Under the pieces are notes generated by a model that did no database searches, was not told the origin of the DNA, and worked only from the letters and a program-made list of their open reading frames with translations. A stretch of 64,000 bases of DNA from a virus, in IMG/VR virus record IMGVR_UViG_3300023174_000053, positions 32,001 to 96,000 of that record, one strand, 5' to 3'. The number at the start of each line of letters is the position of its first letter. Positions within the stretch are counted from its first letter, which is position 1. Positions 58,219 through 64,000 of this stretch are shown in pieces. A program made the translations under genes and the position numbers.

Positions 58219-59162
58219 TTGAAAGAACACTCACACATAATTTCAGTTAATGCTGCTAAGAGGTTAATTTCTTGGTCAGCCACGAACGCACATTGGTATT
58301 GGTACTTAGCAACAATAAGAACGGCAGCAGGGATAGATTGGGGTGAAAGGCAATCATAACAGGCGTCATACACCCTGCGAAGAACGAGACCAGGGTCGTT
58401 GTCCAAGTTGGAGACCACCCACTTTCGGACTTCAGAAAAGTTTTTACTTTTAAGATGAGTAATAAGGTCATTTACAGCAACATCAGAAAAAGACGCAAGA
58501 ATACCACTATCTATTTCACCACTAACAGAGTACCTTTGGCACTCATTAAGAACTCTTCTCCAATCAGGGAAATGAGAATTTATCAGTTGGGCAAGTACTT
58601 TCGGATCATATTTGATACTTTCTTCATCCAAGATGTTTTGTAAACGCTTGAAGAAGGATCCTGCCAACTGGGCTTTTTCTTTTCCCTTGATTGAGAACTC
58701 AACAACTGCACATCTGGAGTGGAGGGGTTCGATGATTTTGTTTTTGTAGTTACAGGTGAAGATGAATCGGCAGTTGTTATAAAATGCCTCAATATTCGCC
58801 CGTAGTAAGAGTTGAACATCTGCGGTTGTGTTATCACTTTCATCCACAATAATGACTTTGTGTTTTCCATTTGCTTGAAGTGAAACGGTCGAAGCAAAGT
58901 TCTTTGCTTGGTTCCGTACCGTGTCCAAAAATCGTCCTTCATCAGATCCGTTGATAACATAATAATCTACTCCAAGTTCTTCACATAATGCTTTTGCTAC
59001 TGTTGTTTTTCCTACTCCTGGAGGTCCAGCAAGAAGAAGATTTGGTATTTCTCCCCTCTTAACAAAATCCAAAAATGTTTTCTTAATACCATCAGGAAGA
59101 ATACAATCCTCAATTTTACGAGGACGGTATTTTTCCACAAACAAAAAATCTTTACTCATCAA
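58215..59162 (-). CDS. clamp loader ATPase gp44
   Basis: EKYRP, GPPGVGKT, VDESD, PLHSRC. Confidence 0.96.
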   Translation of the reverse strand: MMSKDFLFVEKYRPRKIEDCILPDGIKKTFLDFVKRGEIPNLLLAGPPGVGKTTVAKALCEELGVDYYVINGSDEGRFLDTVRNQAKNFASTVSLQANGKHKVIIVDESDNTTADVQLLLRANIEAFYNNCRFIFTCNYKNKIIEPLHSRCAVVEFSIKGKEKAQLAGSFFKRLQNILDEESIKYDPKVLAQLINSHFPDWRRVLNECQRYSVSGEIDSGILASFSDVAVNDLITHLKSKNFSEVRKWVVSNLDNDPGLVLRRVYDACYDCLSPQSIPAAVLIVAKYQYQCAFVADQEINLLAALTEIMCECSFK

Positions 59163-59608
59163 TAAACCTCATTTAATACATTCCAAATACTTCGTTGGTT
59201 TTTGCCCATAATATCAGCAATCTTTCTTTGAGACAATCCTTGCTCTGAAAGATTTTTAATTTTTTGCTTTACACCATCCTCCATTTGTAATCTTCCTTTT
59301 TTGGGTTCTGGTCTCCCCAAATGAGACCTTCTTGTGTTTTCTGAACGAGGTAACCACCTAAGATTTTCATTTTTATTATTTTTTTTATTTTCATCAATAT
59401 GGTCTATACACCAATCTTTACCTTTTGGTCTTGGTTCCCCCCAACATTCTACCACAAGTTGATGTAGTCTTTTTCCACGAACTACAACATAACCATCTCG
59501 TTTATCAACTCTTCCAATAGGTTTCACATTTAGAATTTTACCACAAGCACTAATATAAATGTCAGGATAAGTTTTTGATTGTTTGTAGGTAATTCCGTCG
59601 AGTTCCAT
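59159..59608 (-). CDS. HNH endonuclease with C-terminal HTH
   Basis: LHQLV..IDHIDENKKNN..NLRW; LSQRKIA. Confidence 0.85.
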   Translation of the reverse strand: MELDGITYKQSKTYPDIYISACGKILNVKPIGRVDKRDGYVVVRGKRLHQLVVECWGEPRPKGKDWCIDHIDENKKNNKNENLRWLPRSENTRRSHLGRPEPKKGRLQMEDGVKQKIKNLSEQGLSQRKIADIMGKNQRSIWNVLNEVY

Positions 59609-59632
59609 TAGAAAAGTTATAACTAATATTAT

Positions 59633-59669
59633 TTATATCCAAACTACACCAAATGTAGTTTGGATATAA
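59633..59669. repeat. perfect 16-bp inverted repeat overlapping a late promoter
   Basis: TTATATCCAAACTACA-CCAAA-TGTAGTTTGGATATAA. Confidence 0.85.
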
Positions 59670-59671
59670 TC

Positions 59672-59911
59672 TCAATCTCTATGGACTTTCATTTTATCAA
59701 TCACATAATTTGTTTGTGTGAGACCATTACTATCAGTAATCTCTGCTTTCGTCATATAGAAGATAAGAGTAGAACCTTCGGCAAGTTGTTCTTCAATACC
59801 TTCCATAGTTCCAAATTTTCCAGTTCTCATAGATTCTGGAATTGAGTTGAATGCGTCTTCAATTGTTTGTCGTTGTTCTTGTGTTAATTTAAAAGTCATA
59901 GTTAAATCCAA
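59672..59911 (-). CDS. hypothetical protein
   Basis: 79 aa ORF in operon context. Confidence 0.6.
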   Translation of the reverse strand: MDLTMTFKLTQEQRQTIEDAFNSIPESMRTGKFGTMEGIEEQLAEGSTLIFYMTKAEITDSNGLTQTNYVIDKMKVHRD

Positions 59912-60429
59912 TCAGGTTTGCGAGAAGGCATACGAAGATAGTTGTCCGCAACCCAAGGTTTGGAGGCAATATACATTTTGTAGGCAGTGAATGTATCAAT
60001 ACTTTCATCAAGTTTGTATTCATCAGGCATTGCCCTTGTAAATTCTACCACATTTTTGTAGATAGAAATCTCCTTTCCACTTTTAGTAGCAAAGATATTC
60101 TCAGCAACTTCAAGTCCTTTCATACAGGCATGGTCTTTACCATAACGATGTCGATACTCATTACAAAGAGCATAACCGTGCCGAATTAACCAGGCAAGGT
60201 TTTCATAGTTCTCTGCTGCCCAAACAGTACAAGGATGATTTCGGAATGCTCCCTTCTCAGTACTATAAGGAGTTCCATCCTTTTTAGGAATAGTTCCCCA
60301 ATTATAGTACCACTTGGAGAAAATGACAGAGACCATCTGACAGGTCTCCAAAGGCATTTTCACTACGTGTTTGTCGGGAAGTGCTACGGCAGAAAGCACA
60401 GGACACTCATCGACGACAAAAATATTCAT
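59902..60429 (-). CDS. pyrimidine-dimer DNA glycosylase (DenV-related) family protein
   Basis: MNIF..DKHVVKMPLE..Q, HPCTVW, EYRHRYGK.H. Confidence 0.75.
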   Translation of the reverse strand: MNIFVVDECPVLSAVALPDKHVVKMPLETCQMVSVIFSKWYYNWGTIPKKDGTPYSTEKGAFRNHPCTVWAAENYENLAWLIRHGYALCNEYRHRYGKDHACMKGLEVAENIFATKSGKEISIYKNVVEFTRAMPDEYKLDESIDTFTAYKMYIASKPWVADNYLRMPSRKPDWI

Positions 60430-60445
60430 AATATAAAGTTAAAAA

Positions 60446-61132
60446 TCAAGAAAAATTGGAGTCTGGTTCCAAAGTAATATAATAGGTCAAATTGTACCGT
60501 TCGTTCGTGAATTTAGACAGAAGTTTTTCTGACACAACCACATCATAAGAACCAGGAATAATCTTAATGTTTTCTACCTTGAAGTTGAAAGTAAATTCCT
60601 TATCGGTTTCACCAACAACGATAGAGTATTCGTTGGAAGTATCATTCTTCTTATCACGAACAACCAAACGAATTACACCTGCTTCACCAACAGCAGAAAG
60701 GTCTGGAAGTTGATAAACTGATGCTGCTTTGATAAGTTTATCGAGTTGTGAATGTTCTAGTTGAAAACAAACATCATTAGAAGGAAGTGTAATTTCTTTT
60801 TCTGGTGGTGATACAATTACTTCTGGATCAGCAAAGAAATACTTCACACGACGTTTTCCTTCACGGATAATAACGTGAGAATCATTTTCAAAATCAAGGT
60901 CAGGATCTTGGTGTAGTCCCAAACCATTTAGAAATTGGTTGAGGTCATAAATCGCAAAATCTTTTGTAAATTCTTCCTTGATTGTTGCTTCCGCAAGAAT
61001 ATTCTTCATCACAGAAATTGTGCGGAGTTTAGAACCTTCCTTAACCAGAATAGACTGGTTAATTGAAGAAAAGTTTTTTAGAATAGTAATAGTAGATTCG
61101 GAAAGTTTCATAGTTTGGGGTTTAATTTTCAC
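60446..61132 (-). CDS. sliding clamp gp45
   Basis: MKLSE.T..LKNFSSIN, IYDLNQFL. Confidence 0.95.
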   Translation of the reverse strand: MKIKPQTMKLSESTITILKNFSSINQSILVKEGSKLRTISVMKNILAEATIKEEFTKDFAIYDLNQFLNGLGLHQDPDLDFENDSHVIIREGKRRVKYFFADPEVIVSPPEKEITLPSNDVCFQLEHSQLDKLIKAASVYQLPDLSAVGEAGVIRLVVRDKKNDTSNEYSIVVGETDKEFTFNFKVENIKIIPGSYDVVVSEKLLSKFTNERYNLTYYITLEPDSNFS

Positions 61133-61554
61133 TTATTTTCAACGAGATTAAGATGATTAATCAAAAGAATAGTATAGTGTAGAACTTTAAACAAGTCAGC
61201 ACGAGGAGTTCCTTTTGTATCATAACGGTCAATATACTTGGTTACATTACCAGCACAAAATCCTTCACGACGATTGTGTTTAATCTTATCGAGAGTTTGT
61301 TCTGTTCCACCACCAGTCCTATCAACATAATGCTGACTGTAAGTACCAGCAATATATTGTTCAAGTTGTTTCAGGATTTGGTCTTCGTTGTATTTCCAGA
61401 AACCATTAGCATTTGTATTTTCAGTCATATTCATAGGAGTTTTTGTAACATCAATTAAACCAGTTATTTCATCAAGTTTTACTGTAAACTGATTGAAATT
61501 TCTTTCATCTTCAGGTCCAAACATAGTAAAGAAAGTCATAATAACCTTTACCAA
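61129..61554 (-). CDS. DUF3310-like protein
   Basis: TYSQHY, GFCAGNVTKY.DRY, DLFKVLHY. Confidence 0.75.
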   Translation of the reverse strand: MVKVIMTFFTMFGPEDERNFNQFTVKLDEITGLIDVTKTPMNMTENTNANGFWKYNEDQILKQLEQYIAGTYSQHYVDRTGGGTEQTLDKIKHNRREGFCAGNVTKYIDRYDTKGTPRADLFKVLHYTILLINHLNLVENK

Positions 61555-61574
61555 TCATACCAAAAAACCAAAGG

Positions 61575-63293
61575 TCAGTCAACCATTTTACTAAATCCCT
61601 TAACCTTATCAAACTTGATAACTCTATCAAATTTATCAATCAATTCGTCTGTCTTATGTGAAATCACAAATATATTAGTATCTTTTATTACATACTTAAT
61701 AATTCTTGTAAAATAATCTGTTCCCATAAAATCCAAAGAACTATCAAATACCTCATCCAAAATAAGAAGATTGGTATTGACTGAATTTTTCATTCTTGCG
61801 ATTTCTCTCCAAGTGAAAAGAATAGCAAGATTGATTCTCATTTTTTCTCCTTCACTAAAACTTTCATAGGTAAAATCTTCATGAATAGGAGATTTGATTT
61901 TTTCATTAAACTCTTCATCAAGGGTAAAATTAATATAAAAGTCCATCATTTGCAGATACTTATTAATCTGCTGGTTCATAAGAGGAAGATACTTCTTAAT
62001 AATTTTACCTTTAATACCACCATCTTTCATCAAGGAATGCGCGAAGTCAAAATAAGAAACATCTTCTTTATTCTTTGCTTTTTCGGTTTGAATTAAATCC
62101 AAAGTTTGTTCCAATTCAATTAATACTTTTCTTTCAGTATTTCTGTTTTTAATTTTGTTGGTAATGTCTTGAATTTCTTGGTCAAGGTCTCTTGATTGTT
62201 TATTAAGTTGGGAAATTTTAACATTGTTATTAGAAATTTCATTGTTTAAAGAACTAATCTCCTTTGAAACGACATTGAATTCACGTTCTCTTTTTTCCTC
62301 CTGTTGAATTGCTTCTTTCAATTCATTATAACCTTGTTGAAGTTCTTTTGCTTTGTTTTCAGATTCACTAACTTTATTTAATCTAAATTCTTCTTCAATA
62401 GTTTGAGTACAAGTAGGGCATACCGAATTATTATTAAAAAACTTATGCTGTTCTGTAATGCTTGATACTTTTTCTGAAATCTTACCCTTTAAATTGGAAA
62501 GTTGTTTCAGTTTCTTAGATGCGTCTAGAAGGTTCTCCAGTTGAGGTTGAAGAGTAGTTGATACTTCCTCTACCTTATGTACATTCTCTGCTGCTAATTG
62601 GTCAATATAAGTGGTAATAGAAGTGATTTTATCTTTTTTCTTTTCTATATTTTCTTTACCACTTTTCTCAATACTTTCAATAAACTCTTTTTGCATCTCG
62701 ACCTTTTCTTCAGTCATTGATTGCTTCAAAGAAAGTTCTTTAATTTTATCATTTGTATTTTTAATCCTATCTTTAATTACAGCATTCATCGCAGAAAAGA
62801 TTTTAATATCCAACAAATCTTCTACAACTTCTCTACGATTTGCCGTAGATAACTGCATAAAAGGTACAAAGGAAGCACTACCCAAAATTACAATTTGAGT
62901 AAATGACTTATAGTTTAATTTTAAAATATTATCTTCTAGTTGTTTTTGTTGGTCTGCCGATGATGCTGCTTGATTTTGTAAGATGCCATCAATCCAAATC
63001 TCAAAAATATTTGGTTTAATACCTCTTTTTATTTTGTATTCTTTTGTTCCAATACTAAAATCAATCTCAACCAAGCATTCTTTTTCGTTGGTCGAATTGA
63101 TTAATTGAGATTTATTGATTTTGCGAAATGCTTTATTGAATAGTCCAAAGCAAAGAGCATCAAGCATCGTGCTTTTGCCTGAACCATTCGCACCGACAAT
63201 TAATGTAGTTTGAGTATCTGTAAATTTTATCTCTGTTGCTTGATTTCCAGAAGAAAGAAAATTACGATATGCGATTTGTTTGAATAGTATCAT
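61575..63293 (-). CDS. recombination endonuclease subunit gp46 (SbcC/Rad50-like)
   Basis: GANGSGKST, CPTC hook, FSEGEK, LDEVFD. Confidence 0.96.
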   Translation of the reverse strand: MILFKQIAYRNFLSSGNQATEIKFTDTQTTLIVGANGSGKSTMLDALCFGLFNKAFRKINKSQLINSTNEKECLVEIDFSIGTKEYKIKRGIKPNIFEIWIDGILQNQAASSADQQKQLEDNILKLNYKSFTQIVILGSASFVPFMQLSTANRREVVEDLLDIKIFSAMNAVIKDRIKNTNDKIKELSLKQSMTEEKVEMQKEFIESIEKSGKENIEKKKDKITSITTYIDQLAAENVHKVEEVSTTLQPQLENLLDASKKLKQLSNLKGKISEKVSSITEQHKFFNNNSVCPTCTQTIEEEFRLNKVSESENKAKELQQGYNELKEAIQQEEKREREFNVVSKEISSLNNEISNNNVKISQLNKQSRDLDQEIQDITNKIKNRNTERKVLIELEQTLDLIQTEKAKNKEDVSYFDFAHSLMKDGGIKGKIIKKYLPLMNQQINKYLQMMDFYINFTLDEEFNEKIKSPIHEDFTYESFSEGEKMRINLAILFTWREIARMKNSVNTNLLILDEVFDSSLDFMGTDYFTRIIKYVIKDTNIFVISHKTDELIDKFDRVIKFDKVKGFSKMVD

Positions 63294-63552
63294 AATTTCT
63301 TGGTGGTATCACAAATTCATTTGGGGTAATTATAACATAATTATATCCATACATCTCACAAGTCTTTATCGCCATTTCATCATCAACTTCTATCACAGTC
63401 ATTTCTGGATAATCTTCCGCCATTAGAAGACCAGAATATCTTTCCGCATCATCTTCTTCTTCAAAAAAGTACAAAGCCTTTTCACCATGTTCATCAGCTA
63501 CTGCGTATGCCCCTTCTTCTTCTTTTTCTAAGATAGTGAGTAAAAACATCAT
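63262..63552 (-). CDS. conserved cyanophage hypothetical protein
   Basis: GAYAV..LYFFEEEDDAERY. Confidence 0.8.
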   Translation of the reverse strand: MMFLLTILEKEEEGAYAVADEHGEKALYFFEEEDDAERYSGLLMAEDYPEMTVIEVDDEMAIKTCEMYGYNYVIITPNEFVIPPRNYDTIQTNRIS

Positions 63553-64000
63553 TCTACTTCCAGTGCTTCTTTATAAAATTCTCGTAAGAGTTTTTTAATA
63601 GTGTTCTTGTCTAGTTCAAATTCTGACTCTTCTACATATTTATCCAAAATACTTAATGTATCTTCTGTTGGAATTTCATCGCAATTTACATCTTCATCAT
63701 AGACATCAATATTCTCAATAATCTTAAGTTCTAATGGATTTACTTTAACTATTGCATCCACAAACTTATCAAACATCTTATAGTCATCTCGTTGACGAAC
63801 AACGATTTTAACCATTTTATCAGTCAAATAAGATGCGTCAAAATCTTTTGGATTATTATTTTCATAATAAACTCTCTCAAACATTGTATGAGGATTTTGA
63901 TAATAATCTAGTTTATAATCATCAGTATCGAAGATATGAAATCCTCTTTTATCATTCAAATCATTCCAAAACATTTGGTATGGATTTCCAAGATAAAAGA
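63549..64000 (-). CDS. recombination exonuclease gp47 (SbcD/Mre11-like), 3' part; gene continues beyond the window
   Basis: YLGNPYQMFWND..RGFHIFD; upstream of gp46. Confidence 0.9.
   Translation of the reverse strand, partial: FYLGNPYQMFWNDLNDKRGFHIFDTDDYKLDYYQNPHTMFERVYYENNNPKDFDASYLTDKMVKIVVRQRDDYKMFDKFVDAIVKVNPLELKIIENIDVYDEDVNCDEIPTEDTLSILDKYVEESEFELDKNTIKKLLREFYKEALEVE

Noticed and set aside
1-64000. CRISPR array
   Set aside because: No regularly spaced repeat-spacer series seen; the repeats found are coding low-complexity or hairpins
1-64000. Stop-codon reassignment
   Set aside because: Core genes are full length in the standard code and no suppressor tRNA was seen
1-64000. Cyanobacterial chromosome or prophage origin
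   Set aside because: T4-core replication genes, late promoters and dense single-strand packing indicate a lytic T4-like phage; no integrase or host housekeeping genes seen

Overview
AT-rich 64 kb segment of a T4-like cyanomyovirus (Kyanoviridae-type; freshwater origin is my inference from gene content). Almost all genes are on the minus strand. From right to left: the T4-core replication block (gp47, gp46, gp45, gp44, gp62, regA, hsp20, gp43, uvsX, gp41, mazG); late genes, including large modular low-complexity proteins; gp61, nrdA and nrdB; a cell-wall hydrolase, SLH outer-membrane protein, Dps and tRNAs; a ~16.4 kb glycan-biosynthesis island; hli genes; a lysis-type cluster; the only plus-strand operon (three secreted proteins); and psbA/psbD with homing endonucleases. 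Most notable: (1) the plus-strand operon, whose third product looks like a single-repeat TolC/OEP-type outer-membrane subunit; (2) DNA polymerase gp43 split into two genes around an HNH endonuclease, with no intein or intron but new helical ends; (3) a strongly divergent D1 that keeps all Mn4CaO5 ligands and is interrupted by a 211-nt group I intron next to an F-CphI-like endonuclease; (4) NrdB with Gln at the conserved E350-equivalent, beside a homing endonuclease; (5) a non-canonical long-variable-arm tRNA with a UAU anticodon; (6) an unknown gene inserted after gp44, followed by a degenerate copy of the gp44 end. All family assignments come from motif recognition by eye; no searches were run.
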